DNA of 64,000 nt from Ginglymostoma cirratum (Eukaryota): assembly GCA_024137785.1 (NCBI GenBank), contig JAHRHZ010000085.1, forward strand, positions 3,031,533-3,095,532. The letters are read 5' to 3'. Below the pieces are notes generated by a model that made no database searches, was not told the DNA's origin, and saw nothing but the letters and a program-made list of their open reading frames with translations. Shown in pieces: positions 13,580 through 27,000 of this stretch (within the stretch, counting starts at the first letter, position 1; every line of letters starts with the position of its first letter). Position numbers and translations under genes: made by a program.

Positions 13580-13932
13580 AATTTAAGCAACTATTTTAAG
13601 AGAAATCTCTTTCAAATAGATACCTTCCCTCACATTAAATTATCAAATAAGAACATTTGAACTTTTCAGTTTGCAAAGTTGTATCGGTGTCGATCAAAAT
13701 TGTGATGGTGAAATTCATTGCTGATAGAAGTTTCCATAGCTTCAACCTTCAAAATATAACTTCAAAGTAATTGTGTGTCACATTTAGAGCTATATTGCAA
13801 AACTATTGTCCTACTGTACCCTGTTTGTAATTGCAAAATACTAGTTGACTTGCTTTTGGTTTCTTCGGTTTGATGAGAAATACAAGTATCAACTGTTTTT
13901 TTTTGCCAAAGTCTGTCATTTTTATTTCACAG

Positions 13933-13980
13933 GATGGGGAAAGAATAAAATCAATAAATCCAACTCAACATGAAGATGTG
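13933..13980 (+). pseudogene. Copy A juxtamembrane linker exon, frame-shifted with donor lost
   Basis: The homologous frame reads DGERIKSINPTQHEDV (copy B: GSKEKVRNPTQHKEE). The available acceptor cacag| gives RWGKNKINKSNST* after the phase-1 TM exon. The donor position reads ctgagg instead of gtaagg. Confidence 0.65.
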
Positions 13981-14498
13981 CTGAGGCAAATTTCCGATAT
14001 TCTATCTATTTTGATTTTGAAGTGTCGTTGAACAATTCAAACTAGGAGCCGAAATGCATATTCCCAACATGTCAAGATAAGTCTTGACGATTTCATCAGC
14101 TCTCAGAAGCACAATTTCAGCTGAATAAAACCAAAATAAAGGAAAAAGAAAGTTGTAGTAAGTTTCACAAACAGGTGCAACTATTTTAAACAGTCAAAGA
14201 TGTGTTTAAATATGTAAGCTACGTCAGTTAACTTACGCTGCTACTTTCAAATGTCAATCACAGGTTCGAAGCTGACAAAAAGTTTTGATTTTTCTTTTCT
14301 TTGGTTATTAACAAGTGACAGTGTGCTGAATAATTTTTCCATAATGATTACAGACATTATCATCACTGTTGATTACGTTGGGCTGATGACTATTTTGAAA
14401 GGTAGATTTCGAGTTGCAAGGAGAGGTTTGTGTTCTCTCCTTCCTTTTTATGCTGTTCAAACTTAAGAACAGAATATATTGTGCAGACAGCTTGCACA

Positions 14499-14658
14499 AG
14501 TTGGAGGAACACAGCAGGCCGGCAGCATTAGAGGAGCAGGAAAGTTGATGTTTCAGGTCAACTTTCCTGCTCCTCCGATGCTGGATGGCCTGCTAGGTTC
14601 TTCCCGCTCCGCACCGTGTTGTCTCTGATTCCAGCATCTGCAGTTCTTGCTTTCTCTG
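14499..14658. mobile_element. Hairpin Penelope-terminus-derived short element with 10-bp TSD
   Basis: gaggagcaggaaagttga / tcaactttcctgctcctc inverted arms. agcttgcaca at 14489-14498 and 14659-14668. Confidence 0.75.
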
Positions 14659-15358
14659 AGCTTGCACATGTTGGCTTCCTGAGACAACTTTTACTGTAGG
14701 ATGCATCTCTGCTAGTGCAACATGCAACAGATCTCCGCTCCCTTGAAACAGAAATAGATGAGCTATTGTCAGGGAAATTTCTCTCGTTTTTAATTTTCAA
14801 AAAGTGGATATCAGTTCCATGTGAGAGGAAGCTCCCTCTCTGTGGCATCTGAAAAGGAGCAGGTAGGACTTATTCATGAATAACTGAGAACAGTTTGTTA
14901 AAACCTGAAAAAAACTAAATCATTTTTGCTGCCTTCAGAGCGTGCATTTGAAGTGCACATGTGGGTATTGACTGCGATTGAATACAGTGCAGACCAGCAG
15001 ATTCAATCCCTTTAAATGCATTTTTAAAACAGTTCAAATCTTTAAATCAATTCAACAGTATTCTTGTCTCAGTTTCAGTCATGGATCTGAATTTGCTTTC
15101 GAAAAAGAATTTTCCCCAAACTCCCTCTCTGACTACAATGTAACTAAATTGTTCGGACTGCCAAAGTCAAGAAAGCTGGTTCACTGCTGGGCCATTAATA
15201 GTAAGCAGTTATTGGCACCAAATGCTGGTCCTGTCACCAAGGCTCTCATGCCATTTAAAATAGTTTGTGGTGCAAAAAAGATTCACTTTTGTCCTGGAGG
15301 TGCAAAAAAAGTTGCATTTCTTTCTTGGGTGTCTTGAGAAAATCAGGACAAAGACTTT

Positions 15359-15482
15359 CTGAAGAAGGGTCCCAACCCGAAACGTCAGCTTTCCTGCTCC
15401 TCTGATGCTGCCTGGCCTGCTGTGTTCCTCCAGCCCCACACTGTGTTATCTGAAACTCCAGCATCAGCAGTTCCTACTATCT
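15359..15482 (+). mobile_element. Penelope-terminus-derived short element with hammerhead motif
   Basis: CTGAAGA-A-GGGT-CCCA-ACCC-GAAACGTC at 15359-15386. Flanked by caaagacttt / caaagtcttt. Confidence 0.7.
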
Positions 15483-16592
15483 CAAAGTCTTTACTGCATG
15501 CCTATATGTCTTTCTGCGAAGTATTGCAGCTGCACTGTTGTACACAACAGGATAAAGTCCTCTGATGTCCCGATGCAACACTTAGCCTGTGTTTTATTGT
15601 TTCATGAATAGTGGATCACATCAAAAGAGAAGGCAAAATTACCTATGATTGAGAAAACCTCACAGAAGACTAAAGAGTAGATGTTATACCAATGAAATAT
15701 TGTGGTTTACTTTTCAGACAAAAGCACACGGTATTTGTCACATTTTGTTCATTGTTACTAACCTGAACTTGTTCCTCCCGAAATAGTTGACATGTTTTCC
15801 AACTTAAAACATCAGTAATTTGCTTTAAAAATACTGCCAGGCATCAATTATCCCCTGAAAATTCTTTGAAAATGCGCCGCACCTTGGTCTTCACTTCAGA
15901 CTTCAATGGCAGTATTTAGACGACCTATTGAAATAATTACCTTCCTTTGTTCATAAGGGAACAGGGTGATTCCAGAAGTCATTTTCCAATAGCAGTGATA
16001 AGTCCAGTTGTTTCTTATCTCTAAATGACTGACGAATATACCTAATTTAACGTGAGGGAATATTAAGTCAAAACCCACATCATACAGGTTTAAATGAATG
16101 AAAGGTGTTACTAATTTGTTTCAAGTAATTGCAATTATAATTTTACTTTGAAACAGTGTGACCTGTGACTTTCTATCGTTATTAAACAAACACAGACATA
16201 TTTATTTTTGCTTCATTTCACAAACTGTCCTGCGTTCTCAATTGGTAGCAGAATGGAAGAAAACAGAATGTCAACTTTCAGAATTTGTAAACCTAATTAA
16301 ATTGAACTTGTGTGAACAACCTTTTCTTCTGCACAATTGCAGCATTTGCCTTGTTACTTTAAATTAAAATTACAATAATATCAATAATATTGAAACAATG
16401 TTTGCTTGTTTTGATTAAGTGTGATATTCCTGGCAAGAAACAGTTCAAAGTGAGAAACTGTGAAGTGTTATGTTTGTAATGAAGTGCTGGTACATTCACT
16501 AAACCAAACTAATTCTCCACGTTAAGAACATACATTAGTCGCTTGACTCTAAAACAAAATAAACTAATAAATGCGAAATCTTGACTTTCTAG

Positions 16593-16703
16593 AGAAAACA
16601 AGAGATGCCTGAGGCTAAACTGACATACGCTGCTCTTAATCTAGTTGGTTCTGAGGATGGCATAATGCCTAAAAATCGGAACGAAATCACAGGACATGCA
16701 GAG
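16593..16703 (+). CDS. Copy A cytoplasmic exon 1 with ITIM LTYAAL
   Basis: ttctag| acceptor and GAG|gtacac donor, 111 nt, phase 0-0. Reads RKQEMPEAKLTYAALNLVGSEDGIMPKNRNEITGHAE. Confidence 0.85.
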
Positions 16704-16846
16704 GTACACTGCAGATAATATGTGTAAAATGTCAATTCATTCATCATAATGAGTTGATTTGGAGATGATGTTGACAATTGCTTTGTGTAATTTTCATCTA
16801 GAATGGTTTAAATGAATGGTAATTCAGTCTCAATTTTATTTTTAAG

Positions 16847-16975
16847 ACAAAACAGAGTATGACAGATAGCAGGCTGACTTCCCTTGCTCTGAAATTCAGT
16901 GATTCCTGTAAATCATCGAAACCCAGACACCAAGAAAAAAGTCCAGTGTATGCAGCAGTGAAAAGCAGCTGCTAA
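16847..16975 (+). CDS. Copy A terminal cytoplasmic exon with ITIM-like PVYAAV
   Basis: tttaag| acceptor. Reads TKQSMTDSRLTSLALKFSDSCKSSKPRHQEKSPVYAAVKSSC*, 43 codons, identical in length to copy B. Confidence 0.85.
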   Translation, partial: TKQSMTDSRLTSLALKFSDSCKSSKPRHQEKSPVYAAVKSSC

Positions 16976-17799
16976 ATTGGGCAAATGAAAATATGCTAAA
17001 AAGATAGAAGCAGAGATTGCATCACAGAGATGTTTATGTTTCTTATCAATTTTAAACTGTTGTTTTCCTCATGTAAGTCTGTCGTAATTGAGCAAAACTG
17101 GAGGTTAATTTCTTCGCTTCAAGTAATGTCACCTGGATCCATTTCATTTCACCTTGAAAATGCAACCGTTACAACTAACAATCTTAATTCAGTTATTTCC
17201 AACCGGTGAGGTTCTCCGTATTCTCTTTAAACCTGCACAAAGTTCGACCTATGCATCATTAAAATTATTATGAAGTATTTTTCTGTTGTGGTTGTATATC
17301 ATCATATATTTATATTTCCACTTGAATTGGTAACATGATGTTTTCATTCCTTTTCTGCAGTCACTGCATTTTGACCTCGAAATGATGGGCTTTACTGTGA
17401 CAAATGTTCACAAGATTTCTGTTAGTTAATTGTCTTTAACTTGTTTATGTTTCACTGTCTTTTCTGGCATGAATTGATAGTTCATTCTGCTTCCATTGTG
17501 GCAGTAGTTTTAATGCTGTTTGTCCTCTTGCTGTTATTATGACAATGGTCGTATTGATTCTTAAATATCCAGAAGGCTGAAGAGATCCAATTGCCAATCT
17601 GCCTAATATTTTGATGGTTCATTTTGGTCAGTTAATTTGCTTAAATTAATAATTGGCAGTTTCTTCTTCAAATTTTAATTCAATGTAGAGTGGCACTGTG
17701 CCCAGAGAGAGCAGACCATTCTTGATCCCCCATTGTTTAGCATTGCACTCTCGTTGTAATATGATATAGTAGGATGAGATGGAATGACTCATGAATGGA

Positions 17800-18112
17800 A
17801 TCTTAGAATCACTACAGTGTGGAAAAGGGCCTTCGATCCCAACAAGACCACACTGACCCTCAGAGCATCATGCACAGACGCTTCTCCCTAATCGAAAGAT
17901 CCCTGAAACGTATGGGCAATGTAGCATGGCCAATCTACCGAGCGTGCACATCTTTCGACTGTGGGAGGAAACCGGAGCACCCAGAGGAAAATCGCGCAGA
18001 CATAGGGAGAATGCGCAAACACCACACAGACAGTCACCTGAGGGTGGAATTGAACGCGGTCCTCCAGCGCCGTGAGTCGGCAGTGCAACCCCACCGAGCC
18101 CCTGTGCCACCC
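17800..18112 (-). mobile_element. V-SINE/HE1-type tRNA-derived SINE
   Basis: The minus strand has a tRNA-like head (ggtggcacaggggctcggtgg...gttcaattcc), the V-domain core gggtgctccggtttcctcccacagtc and a gattcta tail. Confidence 0.8.
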
Positions 18113-19169
18113 CAAATTGAAGCAGCCTTTTGTCTCTGGGCGGTTCTGGAACTCTAATCTGCTGGTTAACAGCCAAACGCCATAATCCAGTGCGCCACAG
18201 AGACAGGCGAATGGTTCTAAGCGATGAAAATGTAAGGTTATTCTTTATTGAAGTGACAATGAAATTAGACAAAGAAATCAAGTTCCATTTGAACTAATCA
18301 TATTGATATATGCCTAAAAAGTTATTTCAATATTTTTTGTTTATTGTTTGCTCAAAAATAGCTAAAAAAAAGCTTCCAAATAAAGTACAATGCTTCACCG
18401 ATTCTCTTTTGAAAACTCATCCAGACTCATTTGATTCGGAAAATATGGCAAACTAATCTAACAAAATTATTTCATTGTGAATTTTCTACTGACATGAATG
18501 CCTTCTGTGACCGACAAGTACACAATCATTAAAATGAATGATTAATCTGAAGACTTTTAAAAGACTGCTCGGAAAGCTTTGCAAATGACAATGATACTTC
18601 AACTTTTAAGAAGGAATAAGATGCTTTCAAGCTGATATTGAAGTCAATTGTGATCCTGGGCACATTAAATAATTCCATTCCGTTTATCATGGCAATAGTG
18701 CCGCGCAACTTCATGGAGGGTATTCTCAATGTGATGGCAAGACTATGTCTCCACAAGGACTGTGTGTTTGTCACTTTTACTGAGTTTGCTATGGACGGAT
18801 ACATATACAGCTGGCAGGTTGGAAGGATTTGATCAAGTATGGTTTCGCCTCTTTTTGGTTCCATCAATAGTTCCTTGTGAAGAGCTTTGCCAAATAGATG
18901 CATCCAAGAGTTGACAGAAGAGAGTTGACAAAAGAAGTGTGGGCTAAAGGCGTTGTATCGGTCAGAGTTAATCCAGCGTTAAATGTTCAGTCAAAATCAA
19001 GATTGAATAAACACATTAGGAATTATGGGAAGGTGACAAGTTCCGAAGGGAATATATTGTTATGAACTTGCACTTTCTTGAAAAGTGAAGTGGCTAAAGA
19101 AATTTAGTAAATTACTTTTATACCTTTGGAAGACTGAGATACCGAATTGTAAAACAACTAGTTAACAAG

Positions 19170-19868
19170 ATCAAAAACAAAGTTGCTGAAAAAGCTCAGC
19201 AGATCTGGCAGCATCTGTGAAGGAGAAAACAGAGTTAACGTTTCGGGTCTGGTGAATCTTCCTCAGGGTCTGCGGCTCCTGATGTGGCCTCCTCTACGTT
19301 GGTGAGACAAAGCGCAGGCTCGGAGACCGCTTTATAGAGCACCTCCGTTCCGTTCGCAACAAATGACAACACCCTCCAGTTGCAAACCATTTCAACTACG
19401 CCTCCCACTCCCTGGGCGACATGTACATCCTCGGCCTCCTCTAGTGTCACAATGATACCACCTGGAAACTGCAGGAGCATCACCTTATGTTCCGCCTTGG
19501 TAGCCTGCAACCCAATGGTCTCAATGAGGACTTTACCAGTTTAAAATCTCCCCAACCGCAGCCTCATCCCATGACCAACCCTCCCTCTCATCCCTGCTTC
19601 CTTGACCTGACACAAACTTTCCGTCTTCTCTCCCACCTATCCGCTCCTCCCACCTCACTGCCAAATTCCCAGCACTACCTCCCTGCACTCATCTATCACC
19701 ATTCAATCTAGATTCATCAGCCCCACCCCTCCCCTGTCCATTTCTTTCAGAGCTCTCTTCCCCCATCCCCCATTTCTGAAAAAAGGTCCTGACACAAAAC
19801 GTCAACGGTCCTGCTCCTCTAATGCTGCCTGGCCCTCTATGTCCCACCAGTTCCACACTGTGTTATCC
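19170..19868 (+). mobile_element. Penelope-like element 3' fragment (GIY-YIG end) with inverted terminal piece
   Basis: CGLLYVGETKRRLGDRFIEHLRSVR...FRLGSLQPNGLNEDF. Terminal repeat is shared with 25983-26727. Confidence 0.85.
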
Positions 19869-19869
19869 C

Positions 19870-22800
19870 TAAATTCAAAGCAATCCTGAATCTCAAACTC
19901 CAGGCAATGAAAACACAAATATTGCACAAGACAACATTTAACCACCAACAAACAAATGTACATTGAAGCCAGACCACAAAGTGTTAACAGAAGATGATAA
20001 ACTGAACCAATTGTATCAAAAAGCGTACATAGAAGAAGAATTTGAGTGTATTCCCAAATGTTACTATCTTAAAAATGATGTTTTACTGAACAAATAGAGA
20101 CCATCACATAACTGGGCAGATGAGAAATGAGCAGAACTTCATGAGGTTGTATTATCACTGGGTTATAGAATGGAGTTGTTGCAGGTAGCGCATGAATTAC
20201 TAGTTGGAGGTCATTTAGGGGTAAGGAAAGCTCAAGCCAAAATTAAAAGCCATTTTTACTGACCTGGATGTTGTTGAGTTTTGCCAAGCATGTTATACAT
20301 GTCAGGTAATTGGAGAACCTCAGGCACTAATAAAGCCAGCACATTTAATATCCATTCATGTATTCGCGGAAACTTTCACAGGGGTCTTAATTGATGGAGT
20401 AGGATCCCTACCTAAAACAAAAAGTAGGAATGAGATTTTGTCATTCAACAATGGATGTGTGCGCAGATTCCCACAGGCCATTCCATTATGCAATATCACA
20501 GCTGAAAGGATTATTGAAGTGTGACCCACAGAGATATAATCAGATCAAGGGTCAAATTTGACATCAATATTATTCAGGGAAATTATGGATAGCTGAGGAA
20601 TAACATATTTCAAATCCACTGCGAACCATTCTGAATCACAGGGAGCATTAGAAAGCTGGGCAAAAAAAAAAGAAAATTACAGGTCATGTTAAGGGCTCAT
20701 CGTCAAGACTATTCAAACGATAGAGATAAAGAATTTTTTTTGGATTTTTTGCAAAGAGGGATGTACCAAATGAATTGACCAAATTCAGTCCATTGGAATT
20801 AGTTTTTGGGCATGAGGTGAGAGGATCACTGAAATTTACTCAGGAGAAATTGGTGAGTTAAAATTCAGAGATCACATATTTGGACTGTGTGTCAAAATTT
20901 AGGGAATAATTAAATAGAGCGGGGGAGTTGGCCAGACAACATTTAAAAGTAGCACAGCACATGATGAAGCAGAAAGTAGACAAAAAAAAAATCAGAGTTT
21001 TGCAACTTTGCTGACAGAGATGAAGAGTTAGTGTTACTTCCAGTGACAGGTGAACCTTTAAAGGGAAGGTTTAGCAGACTTTATCAAATCGAAGGGAGAT
21101 TGAGTGAAGTGAATTATTCGATAAGGATTTCAGATAGAAAGAAATCTCACAGAGTATGTCATGTGACTATACTAAAAAGGTATTTTGGTAAGGATTGTAA
21201 GCAAAAGGAGAATGTTTTACTGGTTACAACACAAAATGAAGAACCAAGTTCAGAGGATTCTGAATTGGACATTCCTCTAATCAAATTGGATAATGAGGAA
21301 GTTCTCGGAAACTGGGATAATTTACTGTGTTACTTTCCAGAGGGAAATCAAAATGACCTGAAAGAATTAATACTATTGCATGGGGAGATATGTGGGAATA
21401 AGATGAGAAGTACTAATTTGATTACGCATGATGTAGATATAAGAAATGCTGTTCCAATTAAGCCACATTCTCATAGACATATCCCTCTAAAGTTGTCACA
21501 GGTTCAAAAAGAGAAATGAACACACGCTCCAAGACAACATAATCAAAGTGAGTTGCAGTGACTGGAGCTCACCCATAGTAATGGTGCCAAAAGCAGATCG
21601 TACCCAATGACTCAGTGTAGGCTATTGCAAAGTCAATGCAGTGACAAAGTCTGATTCATATCCGATTCCAAGTTTGGAAGACGGTATTGAGAAGGTGGGC
21701 CAAGCAACTTATATTTCCAAGTTGGACTTACTCAGAGGATACTGGCAGGTACCTTTATCCAAAACAGTGAAGACAATTTCAGCTTTCATCCCACCAAATG
21801 TGCTATACCAATTTAAAGTCATGCCATTTGCTATTAAAAATGCACCAACTACATGTCAAAGACCAACCAGTAAAGTAATTTCTGGATTCCGCAGTTGTGT
21901 AGGAAACATCAACGACCTGGTGATACTTAGTCACACGTGGAAGGAATATTTGCAGCGTTTGTCAGAATTCTTCGATCAACTTTGGGAGGCAGGTTTGTTG
22001 ATAAATCCGGCTAAGGGTGAATTTGCCAAAGCCGTTCCTGGGATGTTGTCGGACGTGGACAGATGGCCCCACAGAATGTGAAAATAAAGGTTATTGAGGA
22101 GATTCCCATAACATCGTCGAAGAGAGCAGGACTACAATTCCAGGGATTGAACGGGTTTTATTAGAAATTCAAATTTTAGCAGTATGGTTGCTTCACTGGC
22201 TGACTTATTGGGAAAGTGCAGAAAATTTCAGGGATGGCAGACTGTCATAAGGCGTTGATAGCCTGAAAGCTGTGATGACCACTGCCCCACTGTTAGCCAC
22301 TATTCAAGGTGGCTGTCGATGTGAATGATGTGGGTGTCAGCGCTGTACTCCTCCAAGAAGATAATGAGAAGATAGAAGAACTGATCAGGTATTTCTCCAG
22401 GAAACTGAATATTCATCAACAGATATATTCCATGATTGAGAAGGAGACCTTGAGCTTGGTGTTGGCGTTACGGTATTTCAACGTTCCTATTTTCAGTAAT
22501 GTGTCTGAGACAATTGTCTACACTGATCAGAACCCATTAAAGTTTTTGGAGCAATTTAAGGACAAGAATTCCAGACTGTTTAGGTGGAGCTTATTATTTC
22601 AGCCATTCAATTTGAAAATGACACACATGGCTGGAGGAGAAATCGTAATTGCTGACACGTTGTCACATCTTGGATGAAGAAAGGCGGAGGCATTTGGTGG
22701 CAGGAGTGAACGGACTGAAATAAAATGTGGCAGTGAATGTTTGCTTGCTGAGATTCAATGTATTGCACGTATATTGTAGTGTACTAATAGAGTAAGACCA

Positions 22801-23220
22801 AGGAATTTGAATTGAAGCCAGCGTTGTACTTTGATTATTCAGAATTGTTAAGGGTGAGGTGTGACAATGCTGTCACTTTAAAAAGGTTATTTTGTTCTAG
22901 GTTTTTTTGGAAAAGAGTTTGCAAATATAGAGGTGAAAAGAATCTAAAGAGCAACAGTTTAACAATGAGACGAAACAATTCTCCCAGTTCAGTTTTTTTC
23001 TCGTTTTTTTTTTTGCTGGCCGTAGCAGTCACAAGATGTTCTGAGTACCAGAAGTGTTCAGGCTTCAGTCAATGATTCTTCTGACTTTCTCTGAAATCTC
23101 TCTCTCGATGTTGTTCTGGACTGTCAGTAAGAACCTGGGTTTGAACTTACCTTTTTGCCGAGGGTGTGTTTGTGGGACGTGACTATGTTGGAACAGTTAA
23201 TTAGTTAAGTTGCTATTTCA
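19870..23220 (+). mobile_element. Gypsy LTR retrotransposon, Gmr1-like order (integrase-RT-RNase H), decayed, with partial 3' LTR
   Basis: Integrase HHCC and core (HELLVGGHLGVRK, DQGSN, HSESQGALE) at ~20150-21200. RT (DSYPIP...KLDLLRGYWQVPL...MPFAIKNAP) at 21500-22200. RNase H (AVDVNDVGVSAVLLQ...EKETL...YTDQNPL...ADTLS) at 22309-22677. Purine tract then TG at ~22860. Confidence 0.9.
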
Positions 23221-23754
23221 GGTCAGTTCAGTTTTTACGCCTGGGCCCCTGGCGCTGTGAGGAACAGTGCTAATCTCTGAACCACCATGTCTTCTCCTCC
23301 TCTCTCGTACAGTCTCTACTCCAATGGAGATCAAGTTCTTGTTTAATAATTCATCTTCCGCTGCTTTTTAGTTTCAGTTGGCAATGTTGGTAAATAATTT
23401 GAAATTCTGCATCATTTCATGATCTTCCTTGGACTTCCATCTGCAATATATTGATGATCTTTCTCAGTTTAGCATTAACCAAGTTTTCAGTTATCTACTG
23501 TTATATATTCCATTTCCACAAAACTCTCAGCAGCATTCAAAATCATCTTCAAAGTTCACAAAATTGATTTCCTGTGGTAAGGTTTACAGGTCAGAACAAC
23601 CACATCCCAGTTTCTTATAAAAGGCACTGTTCACTTTAAAATACAAGGAATTTAATCCCATTTTTGCCATCACTTATTATGATCCCAGTGATGATATTCG
23701 TGAACCTATCTGGCCACAGGCTGAAACTGGCTTGATTGATCACATCAATGACAG

Positions 23755-24050
23755 GAGAGATGATGGCCTTGTGGTGTTATCTGGACGAGTAATCTGAAGA
23801 TCCAGATAATATTCTGTGCACCTCAGTTTGAATCCTGCAATGGTAGATGATAGAATTTGAATTCAATGTAAATCTGTTGTTCCTCATGTGGTTCGTACAA
23901 AACAATTGTCAATTTCCAGGAAAGTTCCTTCTGATGTTTTTTAGGGCACGAAGCTGCTGTGTTCATGTTACCTGAGGCCCACAAAAACGTGTTTGAATCT
24001 GTCGTGACCTCAGAACCACTCAATTGTAACAATCATGAAAAGATCACAAA
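23755..24050 (+). mobile_element. SINE-like repeat, second copy at ~35955-36335
   Basis: The two copies share a head (tagtgg/tgtgg...gtaat...acccagat...aatcc) and a downstream gacc/gtgact core. Confidence 0.45.
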
Positions 24051-27000
24051 TAGAAATAAAACCAGAGAGATCACCTGGAATCGATCTCGGTACTGGGAAT
24101 GACAACAGCAAAAACTGCTCTGTTAGTCCTGTAAACTCCTCCTTGCAAAATGTTGGCGATTGGCGAAAAATATTAAGGAGACTGTGTCATTAATGAGTCA
24201 AGCAACAGCCTGACACAGTTATACTCAGGGAATCATAGCTTACAGACAATGCCCCAGATACCACCATCACAATCTCACAGGCAAGACAGGTACAACCGAG
24301 GTGGAAGCACAGTGGTGTACAGTGGCAGGGAGTCCTTAACATTGACTCCAGATACCATGATGTGTCAATGCATCAGCTCAAACCTGGGCAAGGAAATCTC
24401 CCTCGGCCATTGAAACAGTGTTTTCCATTATGGCCAGACTCGTGACGAGCACTTGGGTGCAGAATGTACTCTGGGTCGGGGATTTCAATATCCACCACAA
24501 AGAGCAGTCACAGCAGCATGACGGATCGATCTGTTCGATACCGAAAGGACATTGCTGTGAGACTGGATCTACTGCAGGTTATGACAAAACCAACAAGAGG
24601 AAAAAACATTATTGATCTCATCCTTCCCAATCTGTCCATCACAGGTTCATCTGCTCATGACATTCTCATTCGAATGATCACTGCACTGTCCTTGTGGAGA
24701 CAAAGTCCTGCCTTCACATTGAGAATCGCCTTCATTGTGTTGTGTGTTACTATCACCGTGTGATAGGGACATCGAAACAGATCCAACCCTCAACACTGGG
24801 TGTCCACAAGACACAGTGGGACATCAGCAGCAGCAGAATTGTACTTCAACACAATCTATAGACTCATGGCCTGGTACAGCTTCACTTAACCACTGCTATC
24901 AAGCCAGGGATCAACCCTGGTTCAATGGAGAGTGCAGGAGGGCATGCTGGGAGCAGCACCAGGCATAGATAAAAATGAGGTATCAAGTTGGTGAGGCTAC
25001 CCAACAGGACTACTTGTGTGCCAAACATGATAAGCAACAAATGATAGACAGAGCTAAGCAATCTCACAACCATTGGATCAGATCTATGCTCTTCAGTCCT
25101 GCCTCATCCAGTCATTATAGTGTTTCTTTATTTCTTATTGATTCATTCATTCACAGGATGAGGGGGTTGTTGGTTCAGCCAGCATTTATTCTTCATCACT
25201 AATTGCCCAGAGGGCAGTTGAGAGTCAACCACATTGCTGCTGGTCTGAGGTCAGATGGAAGCCAGACAATATGAGGACGGCAGTTTCCTTCCCAAGAGAG
25301 CATGAGTAAACTGAAGGGGTTTTCTAACCATCAGCAATGGATTCGCGATCTTCGTCAGATTTTTAATTCCAGATATTTCGGAAAGTTAATTTGCAACGGC
25401 AGGATTCGAACTCCTGTCCACAAAACAGTACCTGGGCGTCTGGATTACCAGTCCAGCGCTAATACCACAAGGCCATGGCCTCTGCAGAGACAAACAGCAA
25501 CAATTAGACAACTCACTCACAGGAGGAGGAGGCCTCACAGGTATCTTCATCATCAATGATGAAAGAGCCTGGTGCATCAGTGTAAATTATAAGGCTGAAG
25601 GATATGCTGCAGCATTCATCGGAAGTGCCTCATGGGTGATCCTTCTCGGCCTCCTGTAGAGGTCCCCACCATCGCAGATGCCAGGCTGAACCGACATGTG
25701 ATATCAGGAAACAAGGATATTGGCCCTATTAACATTCCAACAGTATTAAGAATGACAGGGGTTTCAAAAATTGACACACCCCAAGCCAAGCTGTTCCAGA
25801 ATAGCTAAAATACCTAACAACATGGAAAATTGTCCAGGTAATTTCATGCACCAAAAGCAGGACAAATCCAACCCGATCAATTATTGTGCCATGCATCCAG
25901 TCAATTAGCAGTGAAGTGATGGAAGGTATCGACAACAGTATTCTCAAGTTACACCTGCTGAGCAATGACCTGCTCAGTGATAAAAGGTACTGCAGATGCT
26001 GGAGAATCCGAGATAACAAGCATGGGGCTGGATGAACACAACAGGTCAAGCAGCATCATAGGAACAGGAAAACTTGACGTTTCGGGCCTCGACCCTTCAT
26101 CAGAAATGGGGGAGGGGAAGAGGGTTCTGAAATAAATAGGGAGAGAGGGGGAGGCGGATAGAGGATGGATAGAGGAGAGGATCGGTGCAGAGGAGGCAGA
26201 CAAGTCGAAGAGGCGGGGATGGAGCCAGTAAAGGTGAGTGTAGGTAGGTGGGTAGGGAGGAGATAGGTCAGTTCGGGGAGGACGGACAGGTCAAGGGGGC
26301 GGGATGATGTTAGTAGATAGGAGATGGGGGTGTGGCTTGGGGTGAGAGGGAAAACAGGTTAGGGAGGTGGAGATGAGCTGCGCTGGTTTTGGGATGCGGT
26401 TGGGGGAGGGGAGATTTTGAAGCTTGTGAAATCCACATTGATGCCATTGGGCTGCAGGGTTCCCAGGCTGAATATGATTTGCTGTTCCTGCAGCCTTCGG
26501 GTGGCATCACTGTGGCATTGAAGGAGGCCCAGGATGGACATGTCATCTGAGGAATGGGAGGGGGAGTAGAAATGGTTCACGACTGGGAGTTGCAGTTGTT
26601 TGTTGCGAACTGAACGCAGGTGTTCTGCAAAGCGGTCCCCAAGCCTCCGCGTGGTTTCCCCGATGTAGAGGAAGCCACAATGGGTACAGCGGATGCAGTA
26701 TACCACATTGGCAGATGTGCAGGTGAACTGCTCAGTGATACTCAGTTTGCCGAGGGGCACTCAGCTCTTCACCTTTTGGCAGCCTTGGTTCAAACATGGA
26801 CAAATGAGCTGAATTGCAGAGCTGAGGTCAGAGTGACAGCAATTGACATCAAGGCTACATTTGTCCGAGAGTTGCATCAAGGTCCCATAGCAAACATGGA
26901 ATTAATGGGAATTTGGAGATCCAAATCTCCATTGCTTGGAGACACACATGGCACAAAGCAAGTTATTTGTGATGGTCGAACTTCAGTCACTCCCCATCCA

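Larger units (their letters stand above)
8753..16975 (+). pseudogene. Copy A: SIRP-like V-C1-TM-ITIM Ig-superfamily receptor, near-intact (probable young pseudogene or null allele)
   Basis: Seven exons match copy B in order and phase: 8753-8807, 9112-9420, 10928-11239, 13386-13499, ~13933-13980, 16593-16703, 16847-16975. Lesions are TGA at 8792-8794 in the leader, and a 1-nt shifted acceptor plus lost donor in the linker exon. Confidence 0.75.

Noticed and set aside
17800-18281. tRNA gene or protein-coding ORFs
   Set aside because: This is the tRNA-derived head and V-domain of a SINE that recurs at least four times in the window.
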